Positions 8,722 to 18,394 of a stretch of 64,000 bases of DNA are shown in pieces. The position numbers and the translations under genes were made by a program. This DNA comes from an uncultured Ignavibacteriota bacterium (lineage in GTDB: Bacteria; Bacteroidota; Ignavibacteria; UBA10030; BY39). Position 1 is the first letter of the stretch; every line of letters starts with the position of its first letter. Location: positions 48,130 through 112,129 of the forward strand of contig CAMTWO010000014.1 of the NCBI GenBank assembly GCA_947085405.1, given 5' to 3'. A model generated the notes under the pieces. That model worked only from the letters and a program-made list of their open reading frames with translations. It had not been told where the DNA came from and made no database searches.

Positions 8722-11700
8722 TTATTTTAAGATTAAAAGTTTTTTCGAGTTTATAAAATTTGCAGCTTGGAGCCGGTAAACATACATACCACTCGATAAT
8801 TTTGCACCATCGAAAATTACTTGGTGTTTTCCCGCTTCTCGTTTCTCATTTACTAATATTGCGACTTCTTGCCCTAGAACATTGTACACCTTCAGAGTTA
8901 CGTGCGATGCTTTTGGCAACTCGTATCGTATTGTTGTGCTGGGGTTGAATGGGTTTGGGTAGTTTTGACCTAAAACGAATTTTTTCGGCATACTTGATTT
9001 ACTTAGAAAATTTAGGCTGATTGAAGAATTCATATTGTGAATCTGAGTAAATCCGTCTGTGCAGAGTAATATCTCCCTCCCATCTATTATGAGTGATGCA
9101 TTGTTGAACTTTTCATTAAATTCCCAATCGATTGTTACGGGCAATTCAGTCGAGGTAATTAATATTGGAAACACGAGTGTTTTTCCATCCTCCACAAATT
9201 CCACCCTCCGGTTTGATGCGAAGCGTGCATCAAATGAGCCAGCGGGCGGTAGTGGTGGTAATTCATATAAATCAACAAGAATGGGTTCTCGCGATATATA
9301 CAACACTTGCTTATTACCTCGTGCATCCTCGATAAGCAATTTCCCAGCATCCTGGAATATTGATGTTTGCGATAGTTTATTTGTTCCTCCACCACCTGAT
9401 GAGTTGAGGAATAATTGTCCGTCCATAGATACTTTGACCCAGTAGGCGCAACCCGGCTTGATTGTATCAGCAATATAATACCCTGCATAGTAGCCATAAA
9501 AGTCCGACCTAATGATGTTGTCGGGTAACGTTACAATTGAGTTTTTAAGTATGGGAAATGTGGTTGAGCCAATGAGGTTCCAGCCTGTTTTTACAAAAAT
9601 TGTATCGCTCAGAACAGGGTATCCTACATATGTTATTTCTGAAACTCCGGTCTTATTCCAGTAACCGATACGACGTTTCATTGTATCCGTAAGAATATAG
9701 TAGCCATCGAAACTGAAGAGACTTTTCTTAATATATGGACAGAGAACATCTACAGGAAGGGAAATCATTTGCCAGCCCGTTCGATAGGTTGCTGAAATTA
9801 GCTGCATTCCCTCGCCACCAGTTCCAGTTCCTATAAGGTTTATAGTATCTGTTGAGGGTTTACCATTGTGCGTGAATATGATGCTTCCGAGTTTTCTACC
9901 AGCACTTAAAGGAGCGAAGGTTATTACAAATGTTGCACTTCTTCCTGGATAAATTGATGCTTGGATAGGTGAGACAAGAAAGTTAGAATTGTCTGCCTGA
10001 ACATTACTGATGTTCAATAAACCGGAGCCTGTATTTTCTATGACTAAGTTCTTTGTTGACCGACAAGAAACTTCCAAGGTGTCGAATAACAACGACATTG
10101 TGGATGAAAAGAAACCAGGAAATTGCCGGTACTTGAGTGTCATATAACTGTAACCTTCTTGCCAGTTTTTGTACCCAGTGATGTAAACATTCCCCGATGG
10201 ATCAATAATTAAGTCACTTGGTTCATACCAATTACTTCCTAATTCATCATATTGGGTAACCCATTGCTCGACACCTGAATTATTATATTTGATTATTATA
10301 TATTTATGGGAATGGCTCATTCCTGCAATATACACACTACCTGATACATCTACAGCAAGCTTGCTTGGTTCATAAATTCCATTATATCTGGCAACCCACT
10401 GTTGAACACCTGCATTGTTGTATTTGATTGTTGCTAAACTCCCTATGTCGGATTGACTATAACCCGACACAAACACATTTCCAATTGCATCAACACCAAT
10501 AGCGTACGATTTATCTATGTAATTATATGGTCCATTATAAAGGGCAACCCACTGTTGGACACCTGAACTGTTGTATTTGATTGTTGTATAATCCCATACA
10601 GTCAATGCTCCAACATAACTATAACCTGTCACATAGACATTCCCAAAGTCATCGACACTCATATCATATACATTATCTTGATCGTTACCAATTCCATTAT
10701 AGCGGGCAATCCACTGTTGGACTCCTGCTGAGTTGTATTTGATCGTGGCATAATCGTAGTTCGAACCCAAACCCGCACTTTGTCCCGTCACATACACATT
10801 ACCCAACTCATCAACATGAAGGTCTTTTGTTATGTCATGACCATTCCCTGTTCCATTGTATCGAGCGACCCACTGCTGGACTCCTGATGAATTGTATTTA
10901 ACTGTGACGTAATCAAGGCCCGTGCCTGAACCGTTACTAGATCCCGTCACATAGACATTACCCGATCCATCAATGGTAAGGGCGGTTGCATAGTCCTCAG
11001 AATTTCCCGTTCCATTGTAGCGAGCGACCCAGTGTTGGGCACCAAAACTGTTATATTTTATTGTCGCATAATCATAGTTTGTGCTTGATCCATAACTATA
11101 TCCAGTTACATACACATTCCCTAATGCATCCACGACAATGGAACTTGCCCCATCCGTACCATTCCCCGGTCCGTTATATCGGGCAACCCATTGCTCGACG
11201 CCTTCACTGTTATATTTGATAGTGATATAGTCCTCATTACCACGACCTGTCACATATACATTCCCTGCAACATCTATACAGAGTGCATATCCAAAATCCT
11301 CACTGTAAGAATAACCATATGCATTGTATCGAGCATGCCATTGTTCAACACCCGAACTGTCGTATTTAATTGTTGCAAAGTCAGAGTTTGTGCGTGATCC
11401 CAAACTTATTCCTGTTGCGTACACATTCCCAAATGTATCGACATGGAGGTCAGTCGCAACGTCATCACCTCCTATACCATGATATCGGGCGATCCACTGT
11501 TGGATACCTGAACTATTATATTTGATGGTTACATAATCATTTTTTGTATTTATGTCATAACTATATCCTGTTATGTACACATTACTTGATACATCTACAT
11601 AGAGATCAACTACGATGTCATCTTCAGTCTCCGTTCCATTATATTGAGCGATCCACTGTTGGATACCCGAACTATTATATTTGATTGTTACATAATTATT

Positions 11701-12900
11701 TTTCGTATATAAATCATAACTAAATCCTGATACGTACACATTACCCGATGCATCTACATGTATTTCAGTTGACACGTCATCACCATGTCCTGTCCCGTTG
11801 TATATAGCAACCCACTGTCGGATACCTGAACTGCTATATTTAATAGTTGTGTAATCCTGTTTTGTGCCTCTATCGTAAGTACTACCCGTCACATACACAT
11901 TACCCAATGCATCTACATAAAGGGCTGTCGCTTTGTCAATACCACTCCAAAGTCCATTATATCTGGCAACCCACTGCTCGACTCCTGAACTGTTATATTT
12001 AATTGTCGCATAGTCATAATTATAAGGATCAGACGAATCAGATCCACTATATCCTGTCACATACACATTCCCAGATGTATCTATGCCTAAGGCAGACACC
12101 TCATCATCTCCGCCATTCCCCCCGTATCGGACGACCCACTGTTCTACACCAGAATTGTTATATTTAATTGTTAAATAATCATTTTTTGTACTTATGTCAT
12201 AGCTATATCCCGTAACGTACACGCTACCCAATGCATCGACCTTCATGGATACTATTTTGTCAGTACCATTTCCTGGTCCATTGTATCGTGAAACCCATTG
12301 CTCTACACCAGAACTGTTATATTTTATCGTTGCATAGTCATAGCCGGTGCTTGACCCTTGACTCAATCCTGCCACATACACATTCCCAGATGTATCTATA
12401 GATAAGGCAACTACCTCGTCATCACCATTTCCTGGTCCATTGTAGCTGGAAACCCATACAACAGCTCCTGTACTGTTATACTTAATTGTTAGAAAATCAT
12501 TTCCCGTACCAATACCACAGCTTGAACCACCTACGTACACGTTACCTTGCCCGTCAACTGCAATGGAATATGCAGAATCGGAGGAGGAATTCATACCAGA
12601 AGAGTAGAGTGCTTCCCATTCCAGTTCAATAGGTTTACCAAGCGTTGAGCTTTGTTGAATCGGATAGCTTTGTGTGTCAGTCTCTTTCATAAATTGTTGT
12701 GCCATCGCTGAGTGGTGTGCCTCCAATTGCCGCATACCTCGTGGGTGCCGAGGTGCATAACTGTCTTGCGATAGCATTTGTGCTCTTTCTTCTCTCGGTT
12801 GTTCAACTTGACTGTTCACCTTCCTCTCCTGTATCTGGCTTATCAAAATGCCATTCTGCAGCAATGTCGCTGCAATCAAAAATATTATAATGTTTTTCAT
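8722..12900 (-). CDS. SBBP-repeat beta-propeller surface protein with Ig-like (ASH/choice-of-anchor-like) domain and T9SS sorting domain
   Basis: 16 repeats of about 54 aa (D..GNVYVTG...DY.TIKYNSSG..QW.ARYNG); IENTGSGLLNIS Ig-like domain; C-terminal QNYPNPFNPSTTI...G.Y.YRL...KKLLILK. Confidence 0.9.
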   Translation of the reverse strand: MKNIIIFLIAATLLQNGILISQIQERKVNSQVEQPREERAQMLSQDSYAPRHPRGMRQLEAHHSAMAQQFMKETDTQSYPIQQSSTLGKPIELEWEALYSSGMNSSSDSAYSIAVDGQGNVYVGGSSCGIGTGNDFLTIKYNSTGAVVWVSSYNGPGNGDDEVVALSIDTSGNVYVAGLSQGSSTGYDYATIKYNSSGVEQWVSRYNGPGNGTDKIVSMKVDALGSVYVTGYSYDISTKNDYLTIKYNNSGVEQWVVRYGGNGGDDEVSALGIDTSGNVYVTGYSGSDSSDPYNYDYATIKYNSSGVEQWVARYNGLWSGIDKATALYVDALGNVYVTGSTYDRGTKQDYTTIKYSSSGIRQWVAIYNGTGHGDDVSTEIHVDASGNVYVSGFSYDLYTKNNYVTIKYNSSGIQQWIAQYNGTETEDDIVVDLYVDVSSNVYITGYSYDINTKNDYVTIKYNSSGIQQWIARYHGIGGDDVATDLHVDTFGNVYATGISLGSRTNSDFATIKYDSSGVEQWHARYNAYGYSYSEDFGYALCIDVAGNVYVTGRGNEDYITIKYNSEGVEQWVARYNGPGNGTDGASSIVVDALGNVYVTGYSYGSSTNYDYATIKYNSFGAQHWVARYNGTGNSEDYATALTIDGSGNVYVTGSSNGSGTGLDYVTVKYNSSGVQQWVARYNGTGNGHDITKDLHVDELGNVYVTGQSAGLGSNYDYATIKYNSAGVQQWIARYNGIGNDQDNVYDMSVDDFGNVYVTGYSYVGALTVWDYTTIKYNSSGVQQWVALYNGPYNYIDKSYAIGVDAIGNVFVSGYSQSDIGSLATIKYNNAGVQQWVARYNGIYEPSKLAVDVSGSVYIAGMSHSHKYIIIKYNNSGVEQWVTQYDELGSNWYEPSDLIIDPSGNVYITGYKNWQEGYSYMTLKYRQFPGFFSSTMSLLFDTLEVSCRSTKNLVIENTGSGLLNISNVQADNSNFLVSPIQASIYPGRSATFVITFAPLSAGRKLGSIIFTHNGKPSTDTINLIGTGTGGEGMQLISATYRTGWQMISLPVDVLCPYIKKSLFSFDGYYILTDTMKRRIGYWNKTGVSEITYVGYPVLSDTIFVKTGWNLIGSTTFPILKNSIVTLPDNIIRSDFYGYYAGYYIADTIKPGCAYWVKVSMDGQLFLNSSGGGGTNKLSQTSIFQDAGKLLIEDARGNKQVLYISREPILVDLYELPPLPPAGSFDARFASNRRVEFVEDGKTLVFPILITSTELPVTIDWEFNEKFNNASLIIDGREILLCTDGFTQIHNMNSSISLNFLSKSSMPKKFVLGQNYPNPFNPSTTIRYELPKASHVTLKVYNVLGQEVAILVNEKREAGKHQVIFDGAKLSSGMYVYRLQAANFINSKKLLILK

Positions 12901-12982
12901 TGTAACTCTCCTTTAATTTAATATTTTATATTTAGTGATTTAATTGTTTTCCATTTTCTTAATGTGTGAGTTTGCGTAAACA

Positions 12983-13150
12983 TCATCTCAACAATAAAAA
13001 TTTTCTAGTTTGCGTAAATTTATCAGTGACTAAACGATAAAAATAAATACCGCCGCCATAAGGTCCGTTGGTTTGCACCCATTGACCCTTCGTGCTGCCT
13101 GTTAATAATGCAAGCACAATTACAATCTTAATATAACTTCGAATAAACAT
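12983..13150 (-). pseudogene. 55-aa internally deleted T9SS cargo gene: signal peptide joined to the last strands of a sorting domain
   Basis: MFIRSYIKIVIVLALLTGSTKG-QWVQTNGPYGG-GIYFYRLVTDKFTQTRKFLLLR; start ATG at 13150 after GAGGAG. Confidence 0.7.
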
Positions 13151-13151
13151 A

Positions 13152-13712
13152 TTATTTGCTCCTCTCTTGTTTTTTATCTTTTTGTTCATGTTTAAATTTA
13201 TAATAATATCGTTGGGCATGTATCGCACCAACTAATGTTCCGCCTATTCCACCTAAAGACGCAGAAGCAAGTGTAGCTAATGCTGCCCCCGCGGCTGCAA
13301 TGCCCCCATCATGACCCCCACCCGCTTCAAATGGGTTTATAAAAACTATTCCTAATAAGAGCCCACCCACCATTCCATAACCCAAACCTTTTAGTGCACC
13401 TAAAAAATGATTTTTAGCGACTACTGTTTTAACATCTTTTATATGGACGGTATTTTTAATATTCGATTTTTGATCAATCCATTTAGCAGTATCGTTCTCA
13501 ATTCTAAAATTGTAGCCGTAGTATTCTGTACTGTCGGATACAATTATACATACCGTCTCGCCCGATAATTCGTCGTTAATTTCCGAGTAGATAAAATCAG
13601 TTTTCGGTGATTCATACGGTGTAACTAAATAAGTTGATGAACAACCAATTAACTGAAAACTTATTGATATTAATGTTATAAATACCAAGTACCTATTATT
13701 AAATATTTTCAT
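13152..13712 (-). CDS. Hypothetical lipoprotein with glycine-zipper-like C-terminal hairpin
   Basis: Lipobox LIGC; GLGYGMVGG...LGGIGGTLVGA. Confidence 0.7.
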   Translation of the reverse strand: MKIFNNRYLVFITLISISFQLIGCSSTYLVTPYESPKTDFIYSEINDELSGETVCIIVSDSTEYYGYNFRIENDTAKWIDQKSNIKNTVHIKDVKTVVAKNHFLGALKGLGYGMVGGLLLGIVFINPFEAGGGHDGGIAAAGAALATLASASLGGIGGTLVGAIHAQRYYYKFKHEQKDKKQERSK

Positions 13713-13720
13713 ATAAGCTC

Positions 13721-15007
13721 CTACTCTATTTCATAAATATTTATCTTAACTCCAATAGTAAAAGAAATTTGACCCGCTAAACCATCCCACTCTGTGGATA
13801 ATGGTAATTTTTCGGTTGCCATTTTATGTATTCCGTTATAACAAATTGTTAAATCGAACATCCAACTCGGTAAATAGGATGGTAAATATATATACGATAC
13901 ATTTATTGCCCATGAAGGTTTGCTGAAATTTTGAGAAACGGTATGCTTGAAGCTTTTTTGTTTTATATCGTTGATATATTCTTCGCGAAGTAAATCTGCT
14001 TTCTCGAAAAAACTCATATAACGTATTTCACCACCGATAGCAAGACAATAGAAACCTTCGTCACTGTCTGGATTTAAGACTGTTACATAGCGAGTTCCGA
14101 TACCGAATGAAAAAAATCGGAGCCATGACTTTTGCGGAATCTCCTTCACCACTTCATAGTCAAGTGAACTTAACATTGTAGTAGTAACATAATCGAGTTT
14201 AGGTTTTCCGTCATACCAGCCGTATTCAGCAAATCCTAAGATTTGAAATCTATGTTCAATAAATATACCTCCATAAAGTCTTGGCAGTAATCCGGTTTCA
14301 TATTCATGGTTTTCGCCGGAGAATGTTGTTCCGGCACCAAACGAAAACCCCAGATACCAGAATGAATTTCCCGACCGATCTTCAATATAGATTGGTTCAT
14401 AATAATTTCGGGTTGGTGCATCCGCTTTCAACTTTGGGACTGGTTCAACAAATATTTTTTGAGGGGGGATTATATTTACACGTTGAGCGGTTAATGTATC
14501 TTGTGTCTGCCCTTCTTTTTGAAACTCTGTTTTTGTAGTATCTCTTAACGACTGTAACGTTACCCTTGGCAAGGGTTTCAGCTCTACATCGCGATAGTAT
14601 GATGTGTCGGATTTGGGAATATCTTTAATAATTTTTTCTATATATTCTTCCTCCTTCTTGGCAATAGTTGATTCCTCAGAATCTTCGCTATCTGAAAATA
14701 AATTTGTAAAAAAGCTCGAAAGGCATCCTGAAAAACATGATCCTAAGAATGTGTCTGCTTCATCACCAGATTCGGTTGGAGTAGTTCTGGTAGTAGTTCC
14801 GGTTTTGGGTACACGTGTTGTCTTTGGCTCTTCCCTTCGTGTTCTCTTAGTTGTGTCTCTTTGTTGTAAGTATTCCATACCCATCCCACTCTCATTAATG
14901 GAAATTTCAATGATAAACGGTTTATTTTCTCGCTCGGTACAAATAGCTTTGTTAGCAAGCATTATCATAAAGCTAAGAGCGAAGGCAAAATAAAAATAGT
15001 TACTCAT
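13721..15007 (-). CDS. Hypothetical exported protein with disordered N-terminus and C-terminal beta-barrel (paralogue A)
   Basis: Signal peptide, Thr/Arg-rich linker, amphipathic strands; homologous to 15036-16493. Confidence 0.7.
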   Translation of the reverse strand: MSNYFYFAFALSFMIMLANKAICTERENKPFIIEISINESGMGMEYLQQRDTTKRTRREEPKTTRVPKTGTTTRTTPTESGDEADTFLGSCFSGCLSSFFTNLFSDSEDSEESTIAKKEEEYIEKIIKDIPKSDTSYYRDVELKPLPRVTLQSLRDTTKTEFQKEGQTQDTLTAQRVNIIPPQKIFVEPVPKLKADAPTRNYYEPIYIEDRSGNSFWYLGFSFGAGTTFSGENHEYETGLLPRLYGGIFIEHRFQILGFAEYGWYDGKPKLDYVTTTMLSSLDYEVVKEIPQKSWLRFFSFGIGTRYVTVLNPDSDEGFYCLAIGGEIRYMSFFEKADLLREEYINDIKQKSFKHTVSQNFSKPSWAINVSYIYLPSYLPSWMFDLTICYNGIHKMATEKLPLSTEWDGLAGQISFTIGVKINIYEIE

Positions 15008-15035
15008 TTTAAATTCTCCTTATCATTACTATTAC

Positions 15036-16493
15036 TTATTTAGTGAAATCATAAAGTTTAAATTTTATTGATAAACCTAAATTGAAAAATCCCTTATATT
15101 CAATATTATCCATCGAAAGTGGTTCTATTTTTGATGGGTTGTTCGATACGATTAATGACGCAAGATTTAGTTCGACCCACCAAAACGATTCAGATGAAGG
15201 GATAAACGTGAGCATCCCTTCGATAGAAAATGCTGTTTTCCAAAAACTACTTGAAACTTTATATTGATTCAAAGATTGAAAAACACTATTGAAAAATTTT
15301 TCTTCATCGATGTCGGCAGTTTCAGAAAACTTCATATACTGAACCGCTCCACCTATACCCCAGCCGAAATATTCTTTGTCGCCCCAACCGCTGAATGATC
15401 CAATGTATTTTGCTCCAAAACCATAAGCTTCTGTTTGTAATGATATTTTTTGAGGATTCTTAAAAATTGAATCCACATCCCGATTTGGATATCTTGTCGT
15501 TATGATATAATTATGTCTTGGGCTCCCTCCATACCAACCGAAGTGAGTAAATAAATTGATTTCAAAATCACCATAAAGAATTACACCGGCTGAGGCACGT
15601 AAATTTAAACCACCATTATATTCAGATTCTTCAAAGGCAGAGGGAATACTATAAGCAGTATTAATTCCTAAACAAAATCGCGACCATTCCAAATTAAAAA
15701 CGTTTTGTGAACTTATTGGTTCGTATTGACGTGTTGGTTTCTTTGTTAGTATCTCTGATTTTTCAGTATCTCGTAACGGTTGGAATGTTATAATAGGTTC
15801 GGGTTTCAGCTCTACTTCGGTATGTAATAATGTGTCCGCTATGGGAATTTCTTTAATAATTAGTTGTTTTGATCTTTCATCTTTGACAGCGATAGATTGT
15901 TCCGTAGAATCTTTTTTCATTTGGTTCAAATCCCAAGCATACGCTGGTTTAAAATCGGATACTCTGCCTATAGTTACGTTATTGACACGCGAAGATTCTG
16001 ATCCGGCAGGAGAGAAAATTTGCGACGGAGAATCTTCCCGGAATTTCTTTTGTACTTTATAGTTACGAGATATTGTATCTGATCCTCCAAAATCAACAGG
16101 TTTAATATCGGCAGGCATAACGGTGGGTTCATTTTTGACAGCAGAATTTGAGGAAGAAATACTAAACAAGTCGCCAATAAATGAAATACAATTAATGAAG
16201 GAAATACAGCTTGAGAGAAAACTGTCGTCTTCTTTCGCGGTGGCTGTAGTAGGATAATCTTTATTCCCAGGTTCTGATTTAGGAACTCGTGTCGTTGTAG
16301 TTTTTGGTTCTTCCCGAGGCCGTCTGTTTGTTGTATCCCTCTGCTGTAAGAATAAAATATCCAACTCAAAATCATTAATGGAAGTTTCGAGAAGGAATGA
16401 ATTATTTTCTCGCTCATTGCCAATGGCTTTATAATCAGCAAATACAATCAAGAAGATAAGAGCGAATGCAAAATAAAGAACAAAGGTTCTCAT
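15036..16493 (-). CDS. Hypothetical exported protein with C-terminal beta-barrel (paralogue B)
   Basis: Shares LQQRDTT..REEPKTT.RVPK, D.FL.SC...C.S, VELKP.P..T.Q.LRDT, GWY.G.P and EPLS/LPLS blocks with 13721-15007. Confidence 0.7.
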   Translation of the reverse strand: MRTFVLYFAFALIFLIVFADYKAIGNERENNSFLLETSINDFELDILFLQQRDTTNRRPREEPKTTTTRVPKSEPGNKDYPTTATAKEDDSFLSSCISFINCISFIGDLFSISSSNSAVKNEPTVMPADIKPVDFGGSDTISRNYKVQKKFREDSPSQIFSPAGSESSRVNNVTIGRVSDFKPAYAWDLNQMKKDSTEQSIAVKDERSKQLIIKEIPIADTLLHTEVELKPEPIITFQPLRDTEKSEILTKKPTRQYEPISSQNVFNLEWSRFCLGINTAYSIPSAFEESEYNGGLNLRASAGVILYGDFEINLFTHFGWYGGSPRHNYIITTRYPNRDVDSIFKNPQKISLQTEAYGFGAKYIGSFSGWGDKEYFGWGIGGAVQYMKFSETADIDEEKFFNSVFQSLNQYKVSSSFWKTAFSIEGMLTFIPSSESFWWVELNLASLIVSNNPSKIEPLSMDNIEYKGFFNLGLSIKFKLYDFTK

Positions 16494-16511
16494 TTTAAAT
16501 TCTCCTAATTA

Positions 16512-17762
16512 TTATTTCGTATGTAATTTGTCCAAATCTATTTCATTCAATAATTTGTCTAAAAAATCATTTCGCGTATTAAAATTATACTCCTTTGCCG
16601 CATTAGCAGAACCTTTGATATTTCCTGCATACCATCCCATACCGAAGAAACCCAGAGCAGATGCGAGTCCGTAACTTTCATTCCGAACAGCATCATAACC
16701 AGCCCAGAAAAGAAGCCCGTTAACAATAATTGAAGCAATTCCGGTTGCGGTACGGTTTGAATAAAGGTAACCTGCGCCGGGAACAACTGCAGATAATGCA
16801 CCCGCGAGCCATGGTTGGCGTGTGGATAAAGAGTAAACTGTAGTGAGTGAATCGCAAAGTGTTTTTGATATTTTTCCTCTATCGGACAAAGAATCCACTT
16901 TGGTAAAGAATTTTACAGCTTCATCCCAGTAAAATAATCGTGCATAGGAAAGTCCGATACAGAACTGAAGTTCATTATATAAAGGATTTTCAATGTTGAT
17001 TCCACTCCATTCAAATGTTGAAATTGCTTTTTGAAATTTCTTTTGGTAGTAGTAAGTTTTACCAAGCAATATTTCCATCTCAGATTTTATGAATTGATTA
17101 CTACTGAAAGATTGACGGTTCTCCTTCAGGAATTGCTCATATCCCAAGTAATCTGCATCGTAATAGTAGCATAATCCGATCTTTCGGAGATATTCAAGTT
17201 TCTTTAATGAATCAGTCGTATTAAATTGCAAACGCATGAATTCAGTTAACGCACGATAGTAATCCTTTTTCGAAAAAAGATATTCTGCAAATTGTTCGTC
17301 AATGCTATCCTGAAATACAGATATTGCGTTATCCTTTGGTAAGGGATAAACCGGAGATAAATTATCTTTTACATCTAATCCGTTATCAGGTTCATGACCC
17401 AATGGGAATGTGGTATTTGGTGGATCATACCATCTCAATCCACCTTCAATTTTTCTTTTTGGATAGAGATATAATTCATGTCCACACCGTAACACTCGTT
17501 CAAGCGTGCCTATGTATGCCTGGTATATTGGCTGTGTGCGAAACAATATTTTTGAATACTGTGAACAGGAGGGATACATTGGGCAAGTATTTCCACCTTT
17601 GATAGGAGAGAGAAAATTTTGATAAAAATCTAAAAAAAAATTGGAACCGCTTCCATATATTTCAACAGTGGGTAAATCCGTTTCCCCATTTTGACAAAAG
17701 GAAATGCCATAAAAAGTGACAACTAAAAACAGTATAAGAAAATATTTATTTATTTTGTTCAT
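16512..17762 (-). CDS. Exported protein with YidD-like Cys domain, TPR repeats and a C-terminal TM2-like hairpin
   Basis: FYQNFLSPIKGGNTCPMYPSCSQYS...ERVLRCG (YidD-like); TPR helices; AGALSAVVPGAGYLY (TM2-like). Start at 17762 preferred. Confidence 0.7.
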   Translation of the reverse strand: MNKINKYFLILFLVVTFYGISFCQNGETDLPTVEIYGSGSNFFLDFYQNFLSPIKGGNTCPMYPSCSQYSKILFRTQPIYQAYIGTLERVLRCGHELYLYPKRKIEGGLRWYDPPNTTFPLGHEPDNGLDVKDNLSPVYPLPKDNAISVFQDSIDEQFAEYLFSKKDYYRALTEFMRLQFNTTDSLKKLEYLRKIGLCYYYDADYLGYEQFLKENRQSFSSNQFIKSEMEILLGKTYYYQKKFQKAISTFEWSGINIENPLYNELQFCIGLSYARLFYWDEAVKFFTKVDSLSDRGKISKTLCDSLTTVYSLSTRQPWLAGALSAVVPGAGYLYSNRTATGIASIIVNGLLFWAGYDAVRNESYGLASALGFFGMGWYAGNIKGSANAAKEYNFNTRNDFLDKLLNEIDLDKLHTK

Positions 17763-18366
17763 TTTGTTGACCGAGACTCTGTTTATAAAAATCAACTGCT
17801 TTATTCAGATTTCCAGTGAGAGAACTATGTTTCGAGTAGCCAATTCCTCCGATGACCGCACCCAAAGTAACACCTGGAAACCAATACCATGTTTCAATAT
17901 AGCTGCCACTTTTATGTTCATCTAACTTCACCCAAGTTGTTGGGAGAACGTATCCAGCAACGACAGTAATACCGCCAACAATCATTAGAATTGTTCCCGT
18001 ACTCCTTTTTCTGTAAGCGTTCTCAACCATCTCCACTGCCTTTAGGTTTTGACTCATCGCTTTTTTGATATTAACACCGTCATTGCCAACCGAATGCATT
18101 TCGCCACGATACCTAAATTGCTCAGACGACAGTAATTCGATATTATCGTTGCTGTCATTGATATTCTTTTGGAAAATAATTTTCTGTTTGTTTGTGTCGG
18201 AAACTTGATATGTGGATGTATCTTTTTGTTGGGAATCATTGAAGATAATTTTATCCTGTCCAATAAGGGATAACGATCCCAAAATTGTTACCACTAGATA
18301 TATTGTTACGATAATTGGGAAGGATATTTTTTTTGTGAAATTTATATTAAATTCTTTCGCATTCAT
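17746..18366 (-). CDS. Hypothetical exported membrane protein
   Basis: N-terminal hydrophobic segment and two Gly-rich helices followed by AVDFYKQ; same architecture as 7411-7935. Start at 18366 preferred. Confidence 0.6.
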   Translation of the reverse strand: MNAKEFNINFTKKISFPIIVTIYLVVTILGSLSLIGQDKIIFNDSQQKDTSTYQVSDTNKQKIIFQKNINDSNDNIELLSSEQFRYRGEMHSVGNDGVNIKKAMSQNLKAVEMVENAYRKRSTGTILMIVGGITVVAGYVLPTTWVKLDEHKSGSYIETWYWFPGVTLGAVIGGIGYSKHSSLTGNLNKAVDFYKQSLGQQNEQNK

Positions 18367-18394
18367 TTTCTTACTTCCATCTAAAAATATTAAT

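Noticed and set aside
8722-12900. Diversity-generating retroelement template/variable repeat pair
   Set aside because: The repeats are propeller blades, differences are not adenine-specific, and there is no reverse transcriptase.
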